A stretch of 64,000 nucleotides of DNA from Tubiluchus corallicola (Eukaryota > Animalia > Priapulida), in NCBI GenBank assembly GCA_030141605.1, contig JAQGDQ010000040.1:372001-436000 (forward strand), read 5' to 3'. Position numbers and translations under genes: made by a program. Positions 36,499-49,938 of this stretch are shown here, piece by piece. The notes under the pieces are model-generated. The model ran no database searches. It worked only from the letters and a program-made list of their open reading frames with translations, and was not told the origin of the DNA. Position 1 is the first letter of the stretch. Every line of letters begins with the position of its first letter.

Positions 36499-39019
36499 GC
36501 TATGTATGTATATTGTATGTCCTGCTTACCAAAATGAGAGAAAAGATGTATATGAAAATATGCTTGTAAGTGAACAGTTTATCTTTATTAATGACCTAAA
36601 TGATGTGGAGATGAGAACTCTAATAATAAACTTATATATGACATCAGTAAGAAAAGAGAAAAGAAACAGGATAGCAGATAACTGATTCTTACTGTTATCC
36701 CATATTTACCATATAATGTATGTTTTTTCTCTATTAGAGCATGATGTTTTCTTCTGTAATCAATCATACTGCAGGTTTGACATTTATGTGAACGGCATAA
36801 CTTACTGCTTATGTCAGCCTACACAACTTACCCCGGTTGCACTGGAACTCCCAAGCTACAAAAAGCATTCTTGCAGTTGTTGTTTTTCTTGTTATTATTG
36901 TGATTTTGTTATTACTGTGTTTCTGTTATTATCGTTTCTACTACGTTTGAGCCGTTTCATCCTATGTATAGAATCAATGTTTTTAATGTCGTACCCACTA
37001 TACCTTAAATATACGCTCAATAAACATTTAACATTATATATGTAACATGCCAGGACTTGTAACATGCCCTGAAGAAAATTCAGGAGAATGCAACTTGTTT
37101 TGCATCTGACATTAAAATTTTCGTCTGAGGCAATATAGAAATTATTCCTGATTGATATTTTGCATTTGTATTCTAAGACATTTAAAGCATTTTACATTTG
37201 TTTTCTCAGACAACAATTTTAACGTAAGATGCAAAGCAATTCTACAAACAGTTTGTTCATGGCATGCAACAAGTCCTGGATTTCTATCTGAAATACTTTG
37301 GAGTACAGAAAAACCATCAGTTTCTCAAATGGACAAGGTTGTATCCTTAAACTGCAAATCAACATATTTAAACATCGTTTGAGTTACATATTAGTAATTA
37401 TCGTACAGACTAACAATCAACTCTTTTCTTATCTTTAACTCGCTACGCTGCAAGTTACTGCTCAAATCATGTGTCATTTTTTCCCGATAATCATAACCTG
37501 AATTAGCATCCTTTTGCTTCAAAGTTCACAAAAAGATATATAATTCATTCATCGTATTTTGAACTCTGTTTTTGAATTTTTACTGCATATTTTTTTTATT
37601 TTGATGACTTTTCAGAAAATATAATCAGAATATTTTCGCCGGCAAGAACATATAAATTTACTATTCACGTTTTTCATTTATCAAATAAAGACACTTACAA
37701 GAAAAAGACTTTCCAAGTTTTACCGCGGTGCTCTTTCTTTAATTTACAACCTGTTCACTGTGTTTAGTAATCAGCAAAAAATGTTACCCAGTTTCTTTTC
37801 TTTTATTCAAAAAGCAAAATCAATAAAATTGACTAACAACAGTAGATAAGAAACCTCAAACAATTTTCTTTGTCATTGGGTTAATTCCTTCACCCATTTT
37901 GTTAAATGTATTGCACGAACCTTTGGAATATTTTTTGAAGGTACTTCGATACTAGTATTCAGTTATTTCCATGTAAATTTAAAGAAAAATTTTGGAAAAG
38001 GCGGGAAAAGTCTCCATTAATTTTAAAAAAAATCCTACAAAATTGGCACAGCAAAGCATACAGAAATGCAAATTGTTCTGATATTATTACGCCAAGGAAC
38101 GAAAACAAATTTAGTTCGGTTTTTTTTTTGGTTTTGAAGTGTGAAGACTAATAAGATGTATTTAATAAATCACACGGAAATCGCAATTAGATAAAAATAA
38201 TTAGTCACGCTCATGTACTTGTAGCCAGAAGATGGTAAAAAACACTGATGTCTAAAAATAACCGCACTAAACTATCAAGACACTTGCGAACAGTAGTTTA
38301 TTTGCTGGGGCAGTAGCTGACATGTGACCACGCCCAAGAAGCCAGGTCAGACCTGCACAGTTTCAGCCTGTTTAAATCAATGAAATGAGGCGCAGCGTTT
38401 AACTGTGGGTGTAGCAAACTAGCCGTACAGGTTTACATTACTACATCAGTTGACTGCACCTGCTTTGACCGAGACAAGATTAATTGTTGTAACATTTACC
38501 CTATAGCTTAGCACAGGCTGCAACCTAGGGCCCTCAAGCTTGGGAGGCCCATACTTTGAATTGTTGACTTTAAAGAAGGACGCCAGCAAGTCTGAAAATT
38601 TAAAGTGGCTCCTCATTTGAGATAAAGGATCCTTGTTTGAGGCCTTTTGTTTCAGACAAAGGGCACTTGTTTGAGGCCTTGAATTTGACATAAGGACCAC
38701 TTTTGAAGCCTTTTAAAATGAAATATGGAGCCCCAGCTGCAAATGTTGCTAAAATATATCACAAGTAAAAGATATTCGGGCAGAGTGCGAGCAAATTAGA
38801 AAGTGACTCCTCCTGAGGGTCCCCCATAATTTCATTAGCCTAGAACCTCAAAAGGCCATAATACGGCCCTAGCTGTAACAAACTCCCGAGAAGAAGATTT
38901 CTTATGGTGCGTCGCGTATTACCATTACGTTTATGTTATATTTTTGCTGTTTAATTAAGGTGATTATAATTATTTACCTTACTGTGTCCAGTGGCGATTA
39001 TGGCACGCCAAGTGTCTAA

Positions 39020-39260
39020 TATTTAAAAATGCCTAGGTTTTCTGAGCAAAGCCCTTTTTTCGCTCGGGAAAACCTAGGTTTTGGCTAATGAAACTGTGGT
39101 TTTGCTCAGTAACGGGTTTTGGTGGTAAACCATAGTTTTGCACAGAAAGCTTAGATTTCACTTAGAAAACCCTAATTCTTCAGAAACTTTAATGTTTGTT
39201 TTGTTCAGAAAACCATATGCCTAGTTTTGTAGTTTCAGTAGCAAACGTAGGCTTTTTGGA
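39020..39260. repeat. Second copy of the ~21-bp subrepeat MITE-like family
   Basis: aatgcctaggttttc start and gttttgctcag-type units, as in 10912-11199. Confidence 0.55.
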
Positions 39261-39767
39261 GTGGCCAATATGATGATGATGATGATAATGATGATGATAT
39301 ATAGCATACCAAGAGAATTCGCGAGAGGGCCACGGCGTCCCGTACTGGGCGTTTTCCCGGACCCAACTCGCGATTTTTTGAAATTTTGGTCAAACAGCCT
39401 GGAGAAAAAACGTTCTAGCGGCGCCTGGTGGGACTTTCGGAAGGAGATATAGGGCTCTTTAGAAAGAGGAAGAACAGGGCTACACGACGATGAGAGCTGC
39501 ATTTTAGGACACGTCCACTCAGAGGAGCATCGACGAGTTAATTAGATGTTCTATTTTTGGCAATTTTCGCTTAGAAAACTGCGACGCAAAGCCATTGTTG
39601 TGACGTCATCCATTATACTCTGTCTATAACCTTATAGCTTTAATTCAGTAAAAGTTGCTGCTGCTGGCTTTGTGTTAGGTAAGTAAACAAACACTAGGTA
39701 GGATGTTTGCGTATTTTTGATTATACGTGTATTTATATGCAAAATTTTTTGCGGGGCCTTTGCTAGT

Positions 39768-39780
39768 TATTATTATTATT

Positions 39781-39876
<96 letters not shown>

Positions 39877-39880
39877 GTTA
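39768..39880. repeat. (ATT)/(GTT) microsatellite
   Basis: Direct reading. Confidence 0.97.
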
Positions 39881-40684
39881 TTTTTAAAAAGGTATATTAT
39901 TGGGCACATGGCTTGCCAGAGCCGCATTTATATATTAATATGCCTTTATATATTAAAAGCGAAAAACTAGAGGCACCATGCGATAAAGAAAAAGGGAGGG
40001 GGAGAGAGAAAAAGCTGTACTGGTTTCATTAGCCTAAAACTTGATGTTAACATTGTTGACTTACAATAAAGTTTTGCGCATTTGTACGTTTTACAAATAA
40101 ACTCGCCTTTTTCCTATTGAGTGTATAGAATTAATTGTTTTCCAAACCTGCGCCTTCCACGCTGTGATTATATTATGACTGACGCCATAATTATTGTTGA
40201 CAAGAATGAAGCTGCGCGTTTCACCCAACAACCATCAGTGCTGATTTAGAACAATCATTTCAGACCGAAATAATGAAGCCATAACGAAGTTGTGAGGAAC
40301 ACAATTCAGCACTATAAGTGGTTTCATTTATTTCTTACAAACAATGCACGCAGTCATCTTTAATTTAGCTAATAATCCGCGAAGAATTGCAAGCTAATCG
40401 CCATAGTGCGATTGTATGTTCTTTGATCAGAGGGATTTTAGCAGGTCATTGTTCTTATAGTCGATGTTGTTGTTTTGCGGTCACGTCACGATGGCTTAAG
40501 TATATCTTCGTAATCACCTTTTCTCATAAGTTTAACTTACATTCATTTACAGATAAAACGACGTAGCAAACACCCTTACATGGCTTCGCAATAAAAAGGT
40601 TTGTAGCACTTTCTTCAGCCCTGCAACGGTTTTACTTTCATTTTTCATCTCTTTCTATCTATCTATCTCTACCTTCTACCTTCT

Positions 40685-40740
<56 letters not shown>

Positions 40741-41151
40741 CAACTACAAACATCTCTGCATTTATTATGAGAATGTCCTATTACACGTGTTACGGCTAGA
40801 CCCCAATTTAAAGATAAATTAAAAAATCGAGCATGTACATTTATATAGAAAGAGAAGGAAATCTATTAGCTGCTTTTGCAAATATAGTCCGAGATTCTTC
40901 TATATTGGAAACCGTGCTAAATAAGCGCAATTGTTAAAAATGAGATTTTTAGCTAATGTATTAATAAGTTAATAATGAAATAATGTAGTAATAATGTTAG
41001 TGTATAAATAACGATGTCTTGCGCGTATTGTAGGAAACTTTTATATAACTTCACAGTCTTGTATGTTTTGTATGTTGAATGTACATATGTATATGTATAT
41101 GTATATTTGTACCTGCAAATAGAGGTAAATAAAAGACATACTAATAATAAT

Positions 41152-41207
<56 letters not shown>

Positions 41208-41275
41208 CCTGCCTCTCTCTTTTTCCCTTTTTCTCTCTCTCGTTCTCACTCTTTTTCTGTTTCTTTTGTCTCTCA
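40685..41275. repeat. Two (CT)n tracts (about 40685-40740 and 41156-41275)
   Basis: Direct reading. Confidence 0.9.
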
Positions 41276-42894
41276 ATCTATAGCTTCAGTGCCATGTATA
41301 AAGAAAAGAGATAATTTCACTTACACCAATACAAACGCCCGTGAGACATATACCGCAAAATTCTTAGTTATTAATTATCAAAGCTAACAAGGCGCTACAT
41401 GTGAATAATGCAATTACGAATCGCCCGAAAGCTATAGCTACTAATTAACATACATAACCCTCATTACCACGAAATTTACATAATGTATCATGGTAGACAA
41501 CTGTTATTCATATAATATTCATCGATCGATATCCTACATAACTAATACACTACCAGGAAAGTACGTGTAATTGATGTATGGTCGGCGGGTGGCAGTTTTG
41601 GTAAGTAGTGCCTTGGTCAGGTAAGAGAATTTTGAATGTCATATAACAGACCGTCGGGAGCAAATAATTAATGATAAACCCAAATTTAGACTGCTCTCTC
41701 GCGTTTTACGTCTCCTTGTTTCTTTCTTTCTTCATACTTTTCTTTTTCCGATACTTCTGTTACTTCATTTTCCTTTTCAAAGAAAATTTTGTTATTTGAC
41801 AGACAGTGATAAGCACGCGATTCTAAGCTCACGTACTATAATTATCTGAGAAGCCTTTTACCTCCGTAATAAGGACATACTTAGTAGCATCTTAATCACA
41901 TCGTGATGAGCCTGACACGGTGGTCAGTCAGGAAGCGGAAGCAAATGCGAGGTTCTGTGAGGAAACACCAGGACACCTTGCTTGGAAATTTGATTTTAAA
42001 AGATGGCAGAAACGCAGAATTGTGTACCACAGAACCACACAAAATTATACTGTTGTGGCTTATGATTTGGGTTGCTAAAAGATTCTTTGGTGTTTTTCTC
42101 CGTTTTTATGTACTAATTCTTCAAATGTTTCACCTTTTACGCTAATTTCAGCTTTTAGTGTTGACGTAAGCAGGTGGGAAATAAGAGACGTTTATTGAAC
42201 TGGATGTCATAATATAGCTTGGGTCGACAGAGTCGATGTTGTTGACAACCTGTGTGCCATAAGTGTGACTTGTTTGTTCTATTCATGCCATTATTCCGCA
42301 AAATGTTTCCGAAAATTGCCTTAGTTAAATGCCAGAGAAGAGATTACAGCTTTTACTGAGATATCAGTGAAATCCATCCAGATAGCACTAAATGCGTGGA
42401 AGTAAATGGGAAAAATTAGGCCAAAAAGCAGAGTAGTATAGGAACTACACGTAATTTTTAGTTGTGAAAATGCCAAAAAATAAAATTCCTGAAAAATCTA
42501 AACGAAAACTTCATGTAAATCTCCAACTGCATGTAAACTGGTTCACAACTATAGTTACTAGTTCAGATGTGCAATAGTACGATAAATAAAGAGCGAACAA
42601 AATTTGTTGGATTTGTGTCCATAATCCGAATAAAAACGAAAGCCGTGTCCGGTTTCAAACATGAGACATACTGCATTTCGATTGAGCAGAGAAGGTCATT
42701 TTTGTAACTACCTGGCGTTAATTGAATTACATTTTTTTTAAAATACAGGAAAATTGCGCTGTAGTAAAAAATATTGTAAAGACGGCTCACGAACTTGACT
42801 CCAAGACGGTCTGAAAAAGAACGAGTTTCGCACTATTTAATTTCATTTATTTCGTGAAAATTATTTGAGGAGGTTGGAAAAATTACATTATATT

Positions 42895-43620
42895 ACATCA
42901 TTTATTTAGGCACAAAAGTACAATAAAAAAAGTAAAAAAAGCACATAAAGAACATAAAAAAGCGTATGATCAGTATGAACAATATTAAGCCTTCACCAGC
43001 TTGCCAAAGCAAGCGGCAAGGAACTTCATCCCCCACCCATCCTGCTGGCCCATACTAGTGAAGTGAACAGGAGAATCAGTGAATATAAATTAACTTTAAC
43101 AAAATATACAAAACACAAAAAATCAAATATAAAATGCACTTGAAAAAAAATGGCTGAAAAAGTATAAACCGTAAGAAAACCAATGAGTAAAAAATGTGCA
43201 AGTAAAAAACGTTAAAATAATAGCTGATTGATGAAATGTACAATGATCAAATACAAAACACAAAAAATCAGATATAAAACGCACTTAAAATTAATTGATA
43301 AATTGATGAATACCTGTGTAGTGCTGGTAATAAGCGCGTATGCTATAGTCAACTTTAAAGCCCTTAACCCGAAATTACGGCTAAAATGCCAGGTTAGCCT
43401 GACCAAAAAAATAGCTGCACCTCTGATGAGTTACAAAGCGCTCAAAGCCGAGAAAGATTCGCATAAACTCGGATTAAAGGGAAATAAAAAGCCAAGGTAT
43501 AGTATGAAATCACTGGACGCTTTCTACTATGCAATATTAATTAAGTGCAATATCTGATTAATAATTTCACTGACATGCCGCACACACCAAATTAAAAATT
43601 GAATGTTAACCCTTTCCACG
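42895..43620 (-). mobile_element. Decayed LINE 3' end
   Basis: The minus strand reads IFLVRLTWH (FFxRxxxxWN-like), followed by a T-rich UTR and an AATAA-type tail. A short internal duplication spans about 43101-43145 and 43249-43290. Confidence 0.3.
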
Positions 43621-44372
43621 GTTGTCATCACAATAATTTTGACAATTAAAATTTAGCACGTGGACTTATACGTACATGAAATAAATCAATTTATCCTGCT
43701 GTGAAAAAAAGAAAATCGCAGAAACAAGACAAGGGAATGCGCAAATTATACATGCGAATCGTAAGCTGCTTGCGAGTTGCGTGTTAAGTCGAGTGCGCAT
43801 CTTGCATGTCGCGAGTTGCGTTGCCACAATATTACTAACAATTCTTGGTTACGAAAATATCATTCGAGTCACATTTCACTTTGAGTTAACGAACTAAGCC
43901 TAGTGGAAAATTAGATTGTTCACTATGTGATTTTGCAGAAAAATCGTAAAATCGAAATCGATACGACTAGCAAAGTAGCAGCAGTATTACTGACGTATGT
44001 AATTTACCGAATCACTAAGGCTATCATATGCCATTTGCAATGATGACAATTTCTAAATGATCACAAATCGGGCAATTTTTTCTGGAAAACAGTACATGCT
44101 TAGATTTGTCAGTGGCAATAAAATTTTTCTGTGCAAACGACGGTGGAAAAAATTTGCTGGCAAAAAGGTGGCAGCCTATGATGATGATGATGACTCAATT
44201 AATATGTATACCATACTCTATTCAAAAGAAATGCGACTCCAAGGCCCATTCGATATAACGTTGTAGGGATAGTAAGGAATTGATACACACGTGGAATTAG
44301 ATTACATTACATCCTGTCATGGAACTAACACATATGAATAATATGAATTATTTCATAGTGGAATTATAATAT

Positions 44373-45367
44373 TGTTGCGGAGGCGGCCAAAACGTCCAAA
44401 GTTCAAATCTGAATCAGTCACACCATGTCGCAGACAAATATTGCAGATGAGAAAATAGACAAGAAATATAAAAATTTGAACAGAAAATTAAGGTGAAAAC
44501 TAGCCAGAATCTTTTCCTGCGTTCCTCACGCTGATCATGACTACGGAACAGGTGCTTTGGTGGTAAACCCACCGAAAATGATGACCCGTTCCGCAATAGT
44601 ACGAGTCTACAGGTATTGCTACCACCGAAGGCTGGACGTACCGCTCATTGGGCTGGTTACGGCGTCCTCACTCTGACAATTAGTGCCCATTGAACCAGTT
44701 CTTACTGATTATGTCTACGCAACGACATAGGTACTATATCCAAACTCATATAAACACAGTTAAAACAGTAGTCCAGAGAAAGTGCTACTAAACTAATATA
44801 AATTACACGGTTTTTTTGTACTGACAACTCCCATGTTCCTTTGCTGGCGGGGATTCCATTTTCCGCGAAGTCATAAGCAAACTGCACAATTTACAGAGCC
44901 ACAGAAGAGCAGGTGCTATAACCACTGACACTGGCGTGCCTGCTGCGTTGCTACCAAAAACATACTTAGCTCCAAATAAAAAACAGAGACGTCCTATGCT
45001 GCTCGATGCTAAAGTGTCAGGATCGATTCCACCAAACGAACCATTCCATGCGGATCCCAATTCTGACACCAGTATTGTGCCAGGGTTGAAATCTGAATCA
45101 GTCAAACCACGTTGCAGACAAATATTATAAATGATAAAATAAACAAGAAATGTGAAAATTTAAACAGAAAATTAAGGTAAAAACTAGCCAGAATCTTTTC
45201 CTGCGTTCCTCATACTGATCATGACTATGCTGAACCGGCAAGGCCATTCCAAACCAGCTACTTATAGCTGCTATGCAAAGCTGATATGCAATGTCTTCGT
45301 AATAAATCGAGCCATCACAATGTAGAGGGGGGAGGTCGAAAATACATGGCATTTCGCCCCCGTAACA
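44373..45367. mobile_element. TG...CA element (solo-LTR-like or Ginger-like) with internal 139-bp direct repeats
   Basis: Termini TGTTGCGGAGGCG / CGCCCCCGTAACA, ATAT TSD (44369-44372, 45368-45371), direct repeats at 44405-44543 and 45089-45227. Confidence 0.7.
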
Positions 45368-48300
45368 ATATTATAGGATTAATATTGAAACTTAAAAACG
45401 TGATGGTACTTATTCATTTCTTTATAATTATAAGTTAGATATTTCGTTCTATTTGAATTTGTTCCTGACTCTCGGCCATTCAGCAAACATTACCGTAACG
45501 AATACAAGAATGTTATCGAACAGTTCACATTTTCCTCATATATGTCGGGACGATTAGCATATTTCAGGCCAACCATCGCCATACCAACACTGCACGCCGG
45601 ATCGTCCGTATGAAAAGCACAGTACGCAGATGTCCTTGCCACACATTTCGTGTGCATGCATATATTTCAATGTTTACCTTCACCGTCTCCGCATCAATCG
45701 CATCTACCTTCGCCGCTCAATCCGGTTGCACGTGAATACGCCCTAAGATTTGATTACAGACTACAGAGCTCATTCGCTGTAAACTGGTTTACAGTTCTTT
45801 AGAACTTGCGCTTGGTTTAACAGTTTTAGCAGTCTGGTAACACTTTCTATAAAATCCTTCGCGTACAGAGTTTGAAATTTAATCATTCCTGCGGACAAAC
45901 AGTTATCGGTCATATCGACTTGCTGGACAAACAGCTAACCGCAATAGCATACAAATGGCTGCCGTCTTTATTTGTTGACAAAGCAATCGTCAAATAAATT
46001 TTGCCCTCTCTTTGCTAATCATTGAAAGCTACAAAGCGAATGTCTGAAAGTATAGGGAAGGGTTGTATCCAATTCAAAAGGTTGGACAGCGTGTAGTGCA
46101 AATTGTTTGAAAAATAAGAACGTATGCAAAATTTTGCTGAAGAAAAAACGTGAGTTTAGCATCATGGATATAAAAAGTACGTCGTAGATGTTCCCTTCAC
46201 TAAAAACGAATCTGTGCTGCAATCCTGAACCCCGTACCATGGCCATTTTCCGCCGTATTACAGAACTACTCTGTAAATCCGGATGGGACTCTCCCGGAGC
46301 CAATGTAATTACTTTTAGAGTGGTTCGCTTTGCGCCACAAAATGGTGAATAAATTTCACAAAAGCGAGCAAGGCCTTTCAGTGCTTTCAGACACTAAAAT
46401 ATGCTTGAATAGTGTGAATATGTCGTTGGCCAAATTTAATTTAGATATATTGAAGAATCCAGAGATTGTGCGAAAAGCTGAAGAGCATTGTAGTCTAGAA
46501 TTTCATTTTACATTTGTTCAGTGAAAACATGTTCTCTTAATGCCTGTGATTTGAAGTGAATTGCCACAGACACAGATGCCTATGAAAGATTCAAAAAGCG
46601 CTAGCAAGTGAAATTAATTTTGCCGCTGCAGTATCTTCGTGTTGCAGTAGCAGCAGCAACATCACCCACGGCAACAACAAAAAGAAAAGTGAAAAATATT
46701 GACGAATGATAATAATTATTATTTGGATCAAATATCTCAGCTTCCTTAGAATTATTCTGATTTTTAGTTTGTTAACTCTCCTTGCCTCGCCATTGCATCA
46801 CGAAAAATTCTGCAAAAACTATACGGCTTCATTTTACAAGAAAAGGTATTTCTCAATGTAGTTTTTAAACAAAAATTAATATGCTAAATTTGTTCCTCCC
46901 ATATAGCTTAGAATATCGATCCCCTTTGCTTTGCTTTGGTAACATAGAAAAATCTAAAATTAGCACATGAAAATTTTTCACAAAATGTAGGACATGTCCT
47001 GTCTGGGTCTTAGAGTTAATCTATGGTTTGGGCTCAGATTTAAACTGTGCGATTGGCTGTAATTAGCCCCTTTAGTTGAAGCCATGATTGATGGAGTGGT
47101 TAGCAACAGCAAGCCTTTCGACTATAATAGCGTCTACACCCTATAACTATAAATAAGTGGTCCCGCTTGGTAACTTAGTTTAATTGCACAAAATTGCAGC
47201 TTCAAGAACTAGTGGGCAAGTGTTTGGACTCAGACGAATCGAATTCTTATTGGAAATCCATGACAGAACAGTTCGTAAACCTGAGCATATTCAGAGAGGA
47301 TTGTGTGTGGCGCAGACATTGCACTCTGTTCGAAAATGCTGTCCGTGGTAACAGTTCATGGAAAGAGTGAATGAGTTGCTGAATGGATGAGTGAGCGCGT
47401 GAGTACGTCGGTGTGTGAGAATAAGTGAATGAGTGAGATAGTGTGTGGGATAAAGAGTGTACGAGGGATGTGTGAACGAGCAAAATGCCCTCTCAGCGTA
47501 AGTACCTAGTACCTATGGTCTGATATTTTTCATATTTTAGCCGAATAATACCTTTCTCCTCAGCCAAACAAAACGTTTGTACGGAATTCTGCACAATTAT
47601 GACAAAGCATTCACATTCAAAAATAGCTTTCAAAAGTATGCATAAGCTTAATTCTGCTTTTTAACTTTCTAATGGTGGGTTGTAAAATGTGTGTTCAATA
47701 ACTGATATTTTCGCGACTGTATGTGAGTAATGTCAAATGTACGCAGTTTTGATATCAATTTTGCAAAATCATTTAGTGCATCCCTTTCATTTTCTTCTTG
47801 CGTCTTTCTCATTATTATTTCATAAAGTTCTGCTAGGCCCAGCTATCAAATTCGGATTTTGTTCCTATGCTTGTAGTAATGAAATGTTATTTTGCGATTG
47901 TGCACCCTATATCATGAATATAAATTCGCTTATAAGAATCTGCATGCAATGAAAATTTTTTACTCTTTTTGCTATACAGTCAAACAATTCTCATTTTTCA
48001 GCAAGAGATCTGTCATTTGGAAACTTTAGTTTCAACACAAATAATACCCCTACAACAGCCACAGAGAATATCAATCATCTTACTGAAATTATTTCTCATT
48101 TGTCTATTGTCTGTTGCTTTTTTCACTATTCTCAATTTAGCTATTTTCAATGGCATCCTATTTCTATTCCTATCCTATTTCTATCCTAATCATATGTTCA
48201 ACGCTTTGTATGCAAGTAACTCAACGAAGAAAATCTCTTGTTTCAACCTTTTTACGTTAATCTTCTTAAATAGACAGAATGACATCAATCGGCCTAAATC

Positions 48301-49149
48301 CTATGACATCCACTTAATGGTTTTTCGTTTTGCGTCTTTCCCTGTATAGTTCTCTGTTATTACATATAAATAAACAACATTCTTCTTATTCTGTGCTTTA
48401 CTCAGCTATCAAAACTGCATCTTCTTTCTTTGTTTACAACAAAACAGAACAAAAATAGTATAACTAATCTATTGTATTGAGACAAGTGTAAATTGCTCTT
48501 CCTAAAAATTGTAACTTTCCAAGAAACTTAAGCATTCAAGTAATTGGTAGTAAATACTTAATTGAACAGTATTTAATTTGAATAGTTTTTAACCGTTGTT
48601 GAATAGTTTCATTTATTCGTCGGTGACGTAACTACTCTTGCAGCTTGTAGTTATGTGTTTTTGAAATCGACGTAGAATAAACGTTAATCTTATCATATCT
48701 TTTCTTCTGTCTTATCTTAGAACTAACATTTTATCTTAAAAATACTTCATTTTTCGGGTCTTATCAAAATCGCCGTTTCTTCGTTTAATTAAAGTTAATT
48801 GCTCCCTTTTTTAACAGTGCTACCAAACAAGAATAGTGAGTTTACTAACTTTTGTATAACGCTACTTGTTTTATTTTGTCTGTTAAACTACTATATAGAA
48901 GAAAGTCTGAAATAAAAATGTTAGTTTATCAGTCTTTGTCTATCAGTCGCATTTATAACATGTCATAATGTGTTATAGACAATGCATTTTCAGTACTATA
49001 TGGGTAGCATTTTCTGCCACTTAAATAGCGTATAGATTCGTTGTGAGTTTCCACTCTACAGAACATTAATTAATGTTGAAAGTAGCTGCTACTTTTGCCG
49101 TCATAACAGGAAATGATTGCGTCATCGCGACCTGTGTACTATACGCACG

Positions 49150-49938
49150 CAATAATTATGATCCGCTCATTTTGCAAAAGAAGTCATTTGCAGAAGAAAA
49201 GGCTTTTCTGTAAGCGGAAACTAACAGCATGTGTTCGCGAAGATGTCTGGATCAACAGCTGCTTTATTTGCTGGCAAAAATCATTGACAAGTTGGAACCG
49301 GAAGGTTAAACCTCTAGCTGACATTATCAACATTGGTTGTGGGATGAATGAAACAAACAAAATGGAAAGAAACGTAATGAAAATACCCATTGCAAAATTT
49401 ATCAATACTGCGTTGCAGTAGCTTCGGCAATAAAAGCCTTATAGTGGGTTTTTTGATATTTGTCGAAGTTAGAGCAGTAAAATTATAATTGATATCGTCT
49501 GGCCAAAAATATTCATTCAATTGGTCTTCTCAGCAGTTCAGTCTGCACGACCGCTTTTTTAAATTCCTGACCTCCTTGAAGCTTTGGATCAAGACTCACA
49601 AGCTCTATCTGTTTAAGTTGTATGGATCGCTTTTGCAGATTCTCTCACTTTCCCTCTCCCTCTCCCCCCTCTCTCTCTCCTCTTGCATAGGCTGGTCAGT
49701 ATCCAGAGTGGCGATACTTCAGCATGGGCTGGTTAGTTGTATTTCAGAGTGGCGATACTTCAGCAGATTTATCTGGAGCGCCTGGTATACAAGGCCCGGT
49801 TTTCTGTTGCTTCAAAATTCGTTCTACTAAATTTGCCTTCTTGCCAGAAACCGACAACGACATACTGTGAAGAATTTGCCTCAGCTCCTCAACTACTTTA
49901 TTTTCCAACTCGCTTTTAGTGAATAACGCTGAAGACAT
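49150..49938 (-). pseudogene. Decayed SAP-domain ORF, possibly with a SWIM remnant; probably transposon-derived
   Basis: LENKVVEELRQILHSMSLSVSGKKANLVERI fits the SAP consensus. Downstream broken frames give RSIDKFCNGYFHYV, TCQ* and RTHAVS. Confidence 0.55.

Noticed and set aside
39415-39432. CTCF-like motif (reverse complement CCACCAGGCGCCGC) in a GC-rich intronic patch
   Set aside because: Two core mismatches, and the patch is probably a repeat fragment; not supportable from sequence alone.
47600-48320. Possible LINE endonuclease remnant on the minus strand (IDVIL, LILISEF)
   Set aside because: The motifs are too degraded to call without a translated search.
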